Assembly (NCBI GenBank): GCA_963700285.1
Contig: CAVOXA010000014.1
Location: forward strand, 416,001 to 480,000
Direction: 5' to 3'
DNA: 64,000 bases
From: an uncultured Chloroflexia bacterium
GTDB lineage: Bacteria > Chloroflexota > Anaerolineae > JAAYZQ01
The position numbers and the translations under genes are program-made. The notes below the pieces were generated by a model that saw only the letters and a program-made list of their open reading frames with translations, ran no database searches and was not told the DNA's origin. Below are positions 20,961 through 31,251 of the stretch, piece by piece (the stretch's first letter is position 1; the number at the start of each line of letters is the position of its first letter).

Positions 20961-22241
20961 TCACGAGTCCTCTTTCAGGCGATAGAGCATTTCGCCTGCC
21001 TTGGGAACGACGAGAATGCCTTCGTCCTGTCGCCCCTCCCACTTGGCCAGGTCGATGGTTGCGGGGTCCATGTAGCCCAGGTTGACCCGGTCACATCGTT
21101 CTTTTGGTATGCTGGTGGCCAGCGTGACCTGTATGCGCGGGCGCTCAATGCCGGATTCAATATCATAGGTACCAAGACCACGGACATGGGTGGAGTGGGC
21201 CAGCACACCCCAGGGATAGTCCTTGAACTTTTCCCATTGACTAGCAAAGTAATCCCGCACGTGGTAGCCGACCGCATCGATGATGCGCCCATGAGTATAG
21301 GAAATCTCGGTGATGTGAGGGGCATAGATGACCACCTCACCGCCGTCGGCGATGGCTGGCTCCATCTTGTACATCCCTTTGGCCGCCGTCCATATGTCGT
21401 CGTACATCTCGGGCATGATGGACAGGACGCGGCGGTAGGGCTTGTCCACATAGACGACGTGCAACTGCGCCGACAGGTCCGCTGCCGCCTGCCACGCATC
21501 CTCCGGCGAACCGGCATAGAGGCCGGCCAAGCCACCATAGGTGACAACTAGACTAAAGCAGAGCTTGGGCACATCGATGAACGACGCCGCCCGGTCAATC
21601 ACTGCCCGGACAGGCGTGTAACCTGAGCCTATCACCTCATAACTCGTGATCAGCGCCCCCAACCAGTGGGTAAAGTTGATCACTTCGGGACCGCTGATGC
21701 CAGGGAAAAAGTACTTGTTGCCCCCCGAAAAACCTACCACCTCGTGAGGAAAGACAGGGCCACAGACTATCAGTTGGTCGTAGTCAAATACGAGGCGGTT
21801 CACGGTGACAGGCAGGTCCTGCACCAGCAATCCGCTGGAGATCGCCTCAATCTCTGCTGCCGGAAGCTTACCCAGGTTGACCAAGGTCTCCGCCAGGTCC
21901 CAGCGGTGGTTGATGAGGTTGACACCAGCATAGACGGTGCGGCGCTCCTCCGCGCTGATACCAACCAAGCGATTTAGCGCCTCCTCGTCCATGGGCTGGT
22001 GGGTGCCTAGGGCTACCAGGTAGTCCAGGGCCGCGACCCTACCCCACAGCGCTTCGTGGAACAGCCGAAAGAATAGTGGAATCGGCGCGGTACGCGTACT
22101 GTCAGGGAGAATGACCAGCACCCGCTTGCCGCCCAGGTCGCTGTGCTCAAAAGCCTGCTCGACCAGTTCTCGCACATCAGATTCGTCCAGGTAGAGGGTT
22201 GTGCTACCCCTACCGATCAGCCTGCCCGCCGAATCGCTCAT
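20961..22241 (-). CDS. Lactate racemase (LarA) family nickel-pincer epimerase, probably GntE-like mannonate/gluconate 2-epimerase
   Basis: PDSTRT, ALGTH and PHEVVGFSGGNK motifs. Lies between the fructuronate reductase and gnd. Confidence 0.8.
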   Translation of the reverse strand: MSDSAGRLIGRGSTTLYLDESDVRELVEQAFEHSDLGGKRVLVILPDSTRTAPIPLFFRLFHEALWGRVAALDYLVALGTHQPMDEEALNRLVGISAEERRTVYAGVNLINHRWDLAETLVNLGKLPAAEIEAISSGLLVQDLPVTVNRLVFDYDQLIVCGPVFPHEVVGFSGGNKYFFPGISGPEVINFTHWLGALITSYEVIGSGYTPVRAVIDRAASFIDVPKLCFSLVVTYGGLAGLYAGSPEDAWQAAADLSAQLHVVYVDKPYRRVLSIMPEMYDDIWTAAKGMYKMEPAIADGGEVVIYAPHITEISYTHGRIIDAVGYHVRDYFASQWEKFKDYPWGVLAHSTHVRGLGTYDIESGIERPRIQVTLATSIPKERCDRVNLGYMDPATIDLAKWEGRQDEGILVVPKAGEMLYRLKEDS

Positions 22242-22334
22242 CTGTTCAGTTGCCTTTCTGCCTATCAGCCCACATTCCCACTAGCATCTCTGCCTATCTG
22301 TTTTTTGCCCATCTGTCCACTCGTTGCCTGCCGA

Positions 22335-23231
22335 CTACCTCCAGGGCGGGACTTCGGGCAACAGCTCGTCGAACTCTGCAATCAGTTGCGCCTCATAGGC
22401 TCCGGCGTACTCGCCTGCCAGGAACCTGTGCACTGCCTCGTCGTGGAACCGCCGCCAGGATTCCTCCTCGTGACCAGGATTGATGGGATAGAACAACGCC
22501 TCGTTGGCCCGCGCCGCCTTCATGTCACCAGGCGCGTCGCCGATCATGAGGATTTGGGCTGACCCATACCTGGGCTCCGCCGCCAAGGCCAGATGTTGCG
22601 TCTTGCTGCCCATTTCCTGCCCGGCGATGACGCGGACGTATTTGGCAATGCCATGCTCCTGCCACTCCCTAGTGAGAGCCTCGAGGGGGGTAGCAGAAAC
22701 GACGATCATGTCCGCCTTGTCTGCCAGGAAATCCAGGCTCTCGCGCACGTAGGGAAAGGGGGGGACACCGTGGACCATGTCGGAAATCGTGGCATTGACC
22801 CCGGCCGTCCAGGCCATTGCCTGGTCCAATTCGGGATCAGGGTAGCGGATCATGTAAGCGTACAGCCCATCGTTGCTTTTGGGATAGTCTTCGTTGGCGA
22901 TGAACTCGCGGATCCGGGGGGCCTCCGGCGGCTCAATGCCACGCGCCCGTACTTCCGGCCGGTCGCGCAGCAGGTCAAAGACCATCACCAACGCGGGCCA
23001 ACGGTTGATGCCCCGCCACTTGGAGTACAGATTGACAAACTCGGCCGCTTCGCGGGCATACTTGGACACCGCCTGGAGGTTCCAGTACTTGATAATGTTG
23101 GGAGCAAAGCACTCTTTGTGCTTGATCTCCATGGTGTCAAAGGCACAGCCGTCGGAATCAATGCCGACAAAAAACTTGTATTCAGGCTCCAACTCTGCCA
23201 GGGGTCTGGCTGCTTCAGGATAGTCTGCCAC
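22335..23231 (-). CDS. HAD superfamily hydrolase
   Basis: IDSDGCAFD (motif I), VVSAT (motif II) and MIGDAPGD (motif IV). Confidence 0.85.
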   Translation of the reverse strand: MADYPEAARPLAELEPEYKFFVGIDSDGCAFDTMEIKHKECFAPNIIKYWNLQAVSKYAREAAEFVNLYSKWRGINRWPALVMVFDLLRDRPEVRARGIEPPEAPRIREFIANEDYPKSNDGLYAYMIRYPDPELDQAMAWTAGVNATISDMVHGVPPFPYVRESLDFLADKADMIVVSATPLEALTREWQEHGIAKYVRVIAGQEMGSKTQHLALAAEPRYGSAQILMIGDAPGDMKAARANEALFYPINPGHEEESWRRFHDEAVHRFLAGEYAGAYEAQLIAEFDELLPEVPPWR

Positions 23232-23322
23232 TATCAAATCCTCCGAATAGATGCATCTGTCATAAAAGTCTGCGATAGGCCGCTTACGGGCACCTCACCT
23301 GCCAATCAACCCCGATGTCAAC

Positions 23323-24156
23323 TCACACTCCACTGAAAGCGCTGAATCCCCCATCCACGGGTACGATGACGCCGGAGACGAACGCGGAGGCAGGAGAAAG
23401 AAGCCAGAGCATTGTACCCAGCAGCTCTTCCGGGCCCCCAAAACGGGCCATGGGTGTGTGATCGATGATGGTCTGTCCTCGTGGTGTCAGCTCACCTGTC
23501 TCCTCCTCCGTGAGGAGAAAGCGGTTCTGCGCGGTCAGAAAGAAACCGGGCGCAATGGCATTGACGCGGATCCGGGGTGCGTATTCTTGGGCCATGTGCA
23601 CGGCCAGCCACTGAGTAAAGTTGCTTACGCCAGCCTTGGCAGCCGAATAAGCCGGAATTCGCGTCAGCGGGCGGAAAGCGTTCATTGAGGAGACGTTCAA
23701 GATCACTCCCTCTCCGCGTTCGGCCATGCCCTGGCCAAACACCTGGCAGGGGAGGATCGTACCGAGGATGTTGAGATCAAAGACAAAGCGTAGCGCCTCC
23801 TCAGGCAAGTCGAAAAAGCTGAGATCAGTGCCGGTCGTTGCCCTGGGGTTGTTGCCGCCCGCCGCATTGATCAGTGTATCTACAGGGCCAAACTCAGCCC
23901 GGATGCTCTCCTCAGCCCTGGCCAGGCTGTCGGGCTGCAGGACGTTACCACCGACTGCCAGCCAGCGCCCGGGGCCATTGTCCAGCCGCTCCTTCAGCCG
24001 GTCGACCAGCGACGGGTCCAGATCGAGGACGGCGACATTGGCCCTGCAGCCAACCAGCGCGCAGGCCATCTCGCCTCCCAGAATGCCCGCGCCTCCGGTG
24101 ATGGCCACGGTACGCCCCACCATGTCGTACCATTTTGTCACGGTCTTTAGGTCCAT
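23323..24156 (-). CDS. uxuB: SDR-type D-mannonate oxidoreductase / fructuronate reductase
   Basis: TGGAGILG, AAGGNNPRATT, SSMNAFRPLTRIPAYSAAK and GGFSAFSGV. Confidence 0.8.
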   Translation of the reverse strand: MDLKTVTKWYDMVGRTVAITGGAGILGGEMACALVGCRANVAVLDLDPSLVDRLKERLDNGPGRWLAVGGNVLQPDSLARAEESIRAEFGPVDTLINAAGGNNPRATTGTDLSFFDLPEEALRFVFDLNILGTILPCQVFGQGMAERGEGVILNVSSMNAFRPLTRIPAYSAAKAGVSNFTQWLAVHMAQEYAPRIRVNAIAPGFFLTAQNRFLLTEEETGELTPRGQTIIDHTPMARFGGPEELLGTMLWLLSPASAFVSGVIVPVDGGFSAFSGV

Positions 24157-24221
24157 GTTTCACCTCTACGTGTTGCGTATTGCGTGGTAGGTGTTGGGTA
24201 CTCGCAGTTGCGCCGTGGTGT

Positions 24222-24980
24222 TCAACGGCCCAGATAGCCACCGTCTACTGGGATGACAGCGCCGTGCAGATAGTCTGAGGCCGCCGACGCCAGAAAAAGA
24301 ACAATCCCTTTCACGTCGGCTGGCCTGCCCCACCGGCCGGCCGGGATGCGAGACAGGATGAGCGGCTCCCGTTGCGGATTGCCGACCAGCGCCGAGTTCA
24401 TCTCGGTGTTCATATAGCCCGGGGCGATGGCATTCACATTGATCCCGCGCGCCGCCCACTCGTTGCTGAGGGCCTTGGTAAGTTGGGCCACGCCGCCTTT
24501 GCTGGCCGCATAGGCCGGTATGGTGAGCCCACCAAAGAAACTCATTTCGGAGGCCAGGTTGATGATCTTGCCACCGTCATGTTCCAGCATGTGACGCCCA
24601 GCCGCCTGGGCCAGCAACCAGACCGCATGAAGGTTCACGGATAACACGTAATCCCAGTCTTCGATGGGAAAATCTTTGGCCGGGTGGCGACGCTGGGCGC
24701 CCGCGTTGTTGACCAGGATCTCCAGCCCTCCCAAAGCATCGATGGCGCGAGCGACGATGGCCGTCGCCTGGGAGCGGTCGGAAAGATCAGCCTGCAGAGG
24801 GATGGCGCCTATCACCTCCGCCGCGGCAGAGACCGCGCCGGAGCGACCTACGATGGCGACACGTGCGCCCCCATCGATCAGGGCTTCGGCCATTGCGCGC
24901 CCCAGACCACTGCCGCCACCAGTGACCAAGGCCCTCTTGCCCTCAACCGAGAACTGATCGTAGACTGTCCGATCGCTCAT
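24222..24980 (-). CDS. KduD-like short-chain dehydrogenase (keto-deoxygluconate or 5-keto sugar acid reductase)
   Basis: TGGGSGLG, NNAG, GGLTIPAYAASKGGVAQLTK and RIPAGRWG. Confidence 0.8.
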   Translation of the reverse strand: MSDRTVYDQFSVEGKRALVTGGGSGLGRAMAEALIDGGARVAIVGRSGAVSAAAEVIGAIPLQADLSDRSQATAIVARAIDALGGLEILVNNAGAQRRHPAKDFPIEDWDYVLSVNLHAVWLLAQAAGRHMLEHDGGKIINLASEMSFFGGLTIPAYAASKGGVAQLTKALSNEWAARGINVNAIAPGYMNTEMNSALVGNPQREPLILSRIPAGRWGRPADVKGIVLFLASAASDYLHGAVIPVDGGYLGR

Positions 24981-26053
24981 TCTTCTGGCTGCGCCTCTTC
25001 ATCGACTTCGATCATCGCCCCGGGAGCGACCTCCGGCCGATAGACCGCCGATGCGCCGGCCTGCTCCAAGGCCGCCTCAAGCGGTGTTGTGTCCGGCCAT
25101 GGCCAGAGGGCAATGATCGTGCCGCCGTCGCCGGCACCGGCCAGCTTGGCGCCCATCGCCCCCGCGTCGAGGGCAGCCCGAATGAGACGCTCGTTGGACT
25201 GCGCCAGATCCGCCCAGGTCGCGCTGGATGGCGTGGTTCTCGTTCATCAGTCGTCCCAACAGGGGCCAGTCGGCCAGGAGTAGAGCCTTCTTGCCCATGC
25301 GTGCGATCTCTGTGATGCGTTTGTATCCTTCCACGACAGCGGTCTCGCCCTCGAGCCAGCGCTCCCGAAGCGGCTTGTGCACAGCGCTGGAAGCGTGCTG
25401 CACGCCGGTGAACCCCAACATAAAGGGCAGTTCCGGAACATAAGTCGGCCAGCGGCTCGATGGTGGCAAAGAGTTCGGCCTCAGCCTGACGGTAGAACTG
25501 CTTGCCGCGGAAGTCCAGATAGTTCAAGCCTCCGAAGGTACACATACATGCATCCTGGTAGCCACAGACGACCTTCAGATTGTTCAGCTCAATGTAGCGC
25601 GCCCGTTCAGCCAACTGGTAGCGATTCACGCTCTGGCCCTGCCAGGCCAAAAAGGCCTGCAGCAGAGCCACAACCAGCGCAGTGGAACCGGCCATGCCGC
25701 TACGCATGGGGATATCACTCTCATAGCTCACGTGGCAGGCCAACGGCGGGAGGTGCATATAGTCCAGGATAGCCCGAGCGATGTCGAAACGATCGCCCTG
25801 TGGCCGCAGGTCGCTCCGTGAGACGATCCTGCACTCTTCCCTCCGCTTGCCAGGATGATCTCAGCACCGTGTTGCGAGCTGGATGCAGAGGCAGACAAGG
25901 ATGAGGGATCCAGCGATGTGATGGTCGCGCACGCTCGCATCGCCATGGAACAGGACAGAACCGAGCCCCCGTACATGTCCGTCGGGTTGCCGATGATCCC
26001 AGCGCGACCTGGGGCTGAACGATACCAACCGGCGCTGACTGACTAGAGTTCAT
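24977..26053 (-). CDS. GHMP kinase resembling glucuronokinase, frameshifted
   Basis: APGRAGIIGNPTDMYGG, IPMRSGMAGSTA, CGYQD and GAKLAGAGDGG, in several frames. Confidence 0.75.
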
Positions 26054-26944
26054 ATGCCTTGGCCTTGATGTACTTCCGGGCCAGATACCCGTACCGCTCA
26101 TCAGCCAATGCAAAGTCGATAAAGGCGCGGAAGTAGCTCTCAAAGTTGCCCACGTCGTAGCGAGGCTGAGTCGGGTGAGAGTGTCCAGGCGTATACCGGC
26201 TCCCCCCTCTGTATCAGCAGTCTGATGGCATCTGTTAGCTGAATCTCACCGCGCACGTCAGGCAAAGTCCGCTCCAGGGCTTCAAAGATAGCTGGAGCTA
26301 AAGACATAGCGTGCCGCCACAGCCAGGGTGGACGGCGCGGTACCTCGGGGCGGCTTTTCGACAATATCAGTCATGGCCACGGGTTCGCCGGGGGCGGCTC
26401 CTGGCCATTGATGCTCACGATGCCATAGCGGTGTGTCTCCGACTCGGGCACCTTTTCCACGGCTACCATGGCCGCCGCGCCCAGATCGTAGAAGGCGCTT
26501 ATCATCTCCCTGAGTGGAGCCGCAGGATCTGCGGACCGCAATGACAGAATCGCCCAAGGACACGACACAGTCGTCGTCATCCACAAAGTCCGCACCCAGG
26601 GAAACCGCATGGCCCAGCCCCCGGGGTTTGCTCTGGCGCGTGTAGAACAGCTTGGATTTGCCCTCAAAGGCCAGATCGTCCAGCAGCGCCTCGTTTCCTG
26701 CCGCCTTTAAGGCAGAGACAAGTTGAGGGTCCGAGTCAAAATGGTCCTCGATGGCCCGCTTGCGCCGCCCCGTGATGATGAGGATCTGGTTCAGACCCAC
26801 CTCCTGCAGTTCCTCAAGGACGTATTGGATCACAGGCTTCCGACCCAGCGCCAGCATTTCTTTGGGCTGCGACTTGGTGGCCGGCAGGAGCCTTGTGCCT
26901 AATCCAGCGGCAGGGATGATTGCCTTGGTCATCCGTTCAGTCAT
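26043..26944 (-). CDS. GalU-like sugar-1-phosphate nucleotidyltransferase, frameshifted
   Basis: KAIIPAAGLGTRLLPATKSQPKEML, QSKPRGLGHAV, VEKP and GEIQLTDAI. Confidence 0.85.
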
Positions 26945-26959
26945 GGGCCAATTCCTTTC

Positions 26960-28494
26960 CTATTCTTCCATCTCTGGCGACGACAACAACGGCAACAGAT
27001 GCCGCTGAAAGTGCGCGTCGAGCAGTGCATAGTGGATTTCCTCGTTCTCCTGCAGCGTGGCCAGCAGGCGGCCGCCAAACAGGTCCAGCGCCGAGCCAAA
27101 GGTTACGTGCAACACCTCCCTAGCGTCAAACTGGTCGAGCAGACCAGGAAGGTCAGCATCTAGCAGCATCTCTGGTCGAGGAACTCTGCTGAGCTGGGCG
27201 GAGACGTGGTACGTGGCGCGATCCTGGGGATAGCGCTCGATGGCGCAGGCCAGGATCTCGCAAAAGAGCTCAGGTTCCACTTCCGCTACCGCTCGGAGTT
27301 CCTCCAGGTAGCTGGTTCCCGCTGTCTTGAGGTGCACGAGTTCACGCGCATGGCGGGCGAAAACCGGGTAGATGCTGAACTTGTCGGAGCCGGAATGGAT
27401 GCTGAGCTTGTAGGGCCCCAGGGCCCGGGCGACGGCAGCATGTTTGGCCAATTCGACACCAAATGCGTCCAGGTCGCCGATATAGTCCACACCCTTTTCA
27501 AAGCGGCCGATGTAGCGTGGGGCCAGGCTCACCCACTGGACTCCTAGCCGTCTGAGTTCGCTGGCAATGTAGTAGTGCTCTTCAATCGAGGTAGGCGTAT
27601 CGGTTTCGTCGACCGACATCTCCAGCTCAAAGACGGTCAGTCCTGGCGGCCAGGTGGCTGGTACATGCGGACGGTGTGAGCGATGGCCCGACCATACTTG
27701 GCCGCCGCTCGGGCCAGCGCCGTTTCGTCAAAGGCCAGGATGAGATCCTCCACCTCAAAGCGAAGGACCCAGATAGCGCTCGTGCAGCCCTGATGGAGAG
27801 TCAGACAACGTATCCCAGGGCAAGGCTTGGAGCTTGTCTTCGAGGATCTCCAGGGCGCGGTGTGGGCCTCGTTGTCCACATGGTCCCCAGGGTCAACGGT
27901 GATAGAAGGTATAGCCAGCCGCCACGCAGAGGTCGATGTCTCCGGTCGTCTTGAGATGGTCAGCGTCCGCCCCCCATGGCTCACGCCAGCCCTCCTGAAA
28001 GATGCCCCACATCGCGTCGTCCACCACTTCCTGGGGGTGCGGCCGGTGCGGGCGTTTTCACGCATCGACTGCTGGGCCAGGATGGGGGCAAAGCCGCCGA
28101 CCTGGCGGACGGCACGGATGTGCCCCGGCGTTGCCAGCCCGAGCCGGTCGCCACAGCCGGCCGAGGTTTGAGACCCAAGGGCTGGGGCCGCAGCCAGGGC
28201 AGCCGCTTCCGCAGCGCAGCCGCGTTGGCGCCGTCAGGGGGACAGAGCGATGACAGTCGCCCTGTCGCTGCCCCTCAAACCCGAACGCGTCGCCCAGGAT
28301 ACCCAGACCTTCCCTCCTGGGCCGTTGGCCCAGAAGTAGGTCGTCCGTCCAGTCGGTCACGGACCTCGGATACCAGTGAAGCCAGGTATTGCCTCGAATG
28401 TCATCAGATTGCCCTCGGAGTAGATGTTCTCCTGTACAAACGTCAACGCTTCCAGGAAACTCCGTCCATCGCCTTCACTCCCGACCATCGTCAT
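26960..28494 (-). CDS. uxaE: Tagaturonate/fructuronate epimerase, frameshifted
   Basis: GCGDRLGLATPGH, LAQQSMRENARTGR, GADADHLK, EMSVDET, SIHSGSDKFSIY and HLKTAGTSYLE. Start inferred from an ATGA overlap with the uxaC stop. Confidence 0.85.
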
Positions 28495-29933
28495 CCATCC
28501 GAATTTGTACGCCCGCTTGGCCAGCCGATAGGCCACGTCCAGCGCCATCTCGTGGGCATCTTCCATGTCGACGATGCCCGCGCACCACCAGCCCGGCGAT
28601 CCAGTTGCTGGCAACGCGCCGCCAGACGTCGTGGCGGGCCGGAATGGAGGGGAAGGCACGCGTGTCGTCGTTAAAGCCCGGCGGTGTTGTACAGCCCGGC
28701 CGTCTCGATGACCCGCTCAAAGTAGCGCACCATGCCGTTGATGCTGTCGTGGAACCACCAGGGGGGGCCCAGCTTGACCGCCGGATAGTGCCCCGCGAGC
28801 GGCGCCAACTCGCGCGAATAGGTGGTTTCGTCCAGAGTAAAGAGGATGAGGGTCAGGCGGCTGTCGTTGCCGATACTTGTTCAGCAACGGCCGCAGGTTG
28901 CTCGTGAATTCGCTGCGGACTGCGGAATGTCACCGCCCATGTCGCGCTCCAAAACGGTCGAAATACGAGCTGGTTGTGGTTGCGGAACGGAGCCGACGTG
29001 GAACTGCATCACCAGGCCATCCTCGATGCTCATCCGCGCGCTCTCCATGAGCATGTGCCCGGTGAAGCGGTGAGCATCCTCGGCCGTGGCCTGGCCTCGC
29101 AAGAGCTCGTTGAAAGATGGCCTCCGCTTCGAGAGAGAGCTCAGCTCTGCCGTATACGCCGATTCGGCAGACTGGTCGGTGGCCGTCGCCCCCAGCGACT
29201 TGAAGAAGGCGCGCCTGTCCTCCAGGACCTGGATAAAGCTTGCGTAGGAGCTGACAGAGCGACCCGCTGACCTGACTCAGTGCGTCGATGTTGCTGCGCC
29301 AACCGGTGCGCAACAGGTTGACCACAGCATCGGGGCGAAACGTGGGCCGGATGTCCGCCTGCCAGCCAGAGGCCCGTATGCTCCTGGTGATGCTGCAACG
29401 TGTCAATGGCAGCATCGGTCGTGCACAAGCACCTCGATCTTGAAGCGCTCAAAGAGGGCGCGGGGACGGTACTCAGGCGTGGCCAGCTTGGCCTCAAGCT
29501 GGTCATAGATGCCCTGGGCGGTTGCCCCCGTCAGCTTCTCCTCGATGCCAAAGACATCGTTGAGTTCGCTGGCCAACCAGACGCCGGTGGGCGTGCCGCG
29601 AAAGAGGTAAAAGTGGTCGGCGAAGGTCTGCCATATCCGGCGGTGATCTTGCTCGACAGGACCCCCATCCCTGCGTGGGATGCCGAGCGACTCCAGCGGG
29701 ATGCCCTGGGAATAGAGCATGCGGAAGACATAGTGATCGGGGATGATGAGAAGGTCGGCTGGGGTGCCAAAAAGAGCATCCTCGTCGGCGAGAAGCCGGG
29801 GATCGACATGACCGTGGGGGCAGATGAGGGGCAGATCGGCCACAGAATCGTAGAGTTCGCGTGCGATTCGCCTCTGCGCCGGATCCGAATCAAAGTATCG
29901 GTCTTCCAACAAGTGCCACTTGTGCTCGGTCAT
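28491..29933 (-). CDS. uxaC: Uronate isomerase, frameshifted
   Basis: LPLICPHGHVD, PDHYVFRMLYSQG, RPTFRPD, LGPPWWFHDS and FNDDTRAFPSIPARHD. End approximate. Confidence 0.88.
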
Positions 29934-29991
29934 TCGTCACTTTTCCTCACTGGTGGGCTAACGAACAGGCAGCCAGTGCCTCAGTGGCAGC

Positions 29992-30020
29992 ATGGTACAC
30001 CAAATCAGAAACTGTGACAA
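29992..30020 (-). promoter_or_regulatory. Probable uxaC promoter with a GntR/FadR-type operator
   Basis: TTGTCA-N17-TACCAT. Near-palindrome TGGTACACCA (29993-30002) over the -10 resembles UxuR/ExuR-type TGGTATACCA sites. Confidence 0.5.
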
Positions 30021-30095
30021 GTTCTATCGCCGTCAAGTGTGTCACTCCAACATGAACATGGTCCGCACCGGAGGCAAAGCGGGCCCTCGGTCCTG

Positions 30096-31097
30096 CTATG
30101 GCGCGCTGGCACGAAGAACTAGTTTCGGGTGCAGCACAATGACCTCACACTCCTGGCGGCAACCGGTTATCCGATCCAGAAGCATTCGTGCGGCCTGCGT
30201 ACCCAACTCGCGCCGGGGAACACGACTAGTGGTCAGCGCGGGCGAAACCAGCGCGGCCAGGGATATGTCATCAGAACCGACGATGGCCACATCATTAGGC
30301 ACGCGATAACCCAACTCAGAACAAGCTTGCAGAGCTCCGATGGCGACCAGGTCATTGTAGCAAAGGAGCGCCGTTGGCCCCGAGCCATCGACGAGGAGTA
30401 GATGGGCCGTTTTCCGGCCACCTTCTATCTCTGAGGAGCAGTTCTGTACCCAAGCCGGGTTGAAGGCAATGCCGGCTGCATCAAGGGCAACGCGGTAACC
30501 TCTGGATCGTTGGCGGCCACTGTAAGAGGCTCGAGGCCCGGCGAGAAAGCCTATGGCACGGTGCCCCGCTTCCAGCAGCAACTCAGTTGCGGTACGGGTA
30601 CCAGCCGCATCATCGATCAGGACGGCGCCGACGTCACAGCCTTCCAGCCGCCGGTTGACCAAAACTCCTGCGGAGTGAGACTCTAGCGCATCACGCAGTT
30701 CGGCGTCGTCAAGGCGAGAGCTGCACAACACCAATCCATCTACGCGCTTTTCTTCCAAAGAGGCCAACGCAGACCGCTCACGCTGGGGGTTCTGATCGGT
30801 GTTGCAAAGAAAGACGTTGTAGCCCTGGGCATAGGCCCAGTCTTCGGCGCCGCGGGCTATGTCAGAGAAGAAGGGGTTGGCGATATCAGGTACAACGAGG
30901 CCCAGGGTTCCTGTCCGCTGAGTGGCCAGGCCACGGGCTATACCGCTGGGCCGGTAGCTCAACCGGTCGATGACAGCCAGGACACGCTGACGGGTAGCCG
31001 GGCTGATCTCGTCCTTGTTGTTGACTACCCGTGAGACCGTCATTGATGAGACCCCCGCTTCAAGGGCCACGTCCGACATGGTGACACGATCAGGCAT
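30096..31097 (-). CDS. LacI family transcriptional regulator
   Basis: TMSDVALEAGVSSMTVSRVVN helix-turn-helix, YRPSGIARGL, CYNDLVAIG and VGSDD. Confidence 0.95.
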   Translation of the reverse strand: MPDRVTMSDVALEAGVSSMTVSRVVNNKDEISPATRQRVLAVIDRLSYRPSGIARGLATQRTGTLGLVVPDIANPFFSDIARGAEDWAYAQGYNVFLCNTDQNPQRERSALASLEEKRVDGLVLCSSRLDDAELRDALESHSAGVLVNRRLEGCDVGAVLIDDAAGTRTATELLLEAGHRAIGFLAGPRASYSGRQRSRGYRVALDAAGIAFNPAWVQNCSSEIEGGRKTAHLLLVDGSGPTALLCYNDLVAIGALQACSELGYRVPNDVAIVGSDDISLAALVSPALTTSRVPRRELGTQAARMLLDRITGCRQECEVIVLHPKLVLRASAP

Positions 31098-31128
31098 TCT
31101 AGAACCTTCCATGGGCGCAGAAACTGTC

Positions 31129-31185
31129 TGTTAGCGCTCACGTTAGCGCTAACAGCATGATAACACGACTGTTGGTGTTTGTCAA
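31129..31185 (-). promoter_or_regulatory. LacI gene promoter with tandem LacI-type operators
   Basis: TTGACA-N17-TATCAT (31157-31185). Perfect palindrome GTTAGCGCTAAC (31142-31153) plus an adjacent near copy TGTTAGCGCTCAC (31129-31141). Confidence 0.8.
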
Positions 31186-31251
31186 AAAGGCCATGAAAGA
31201 AAGAGAAGCACCCAGGAGCCAACCCTGAGCTCCCGTGCTCGTGCCGGAGGC

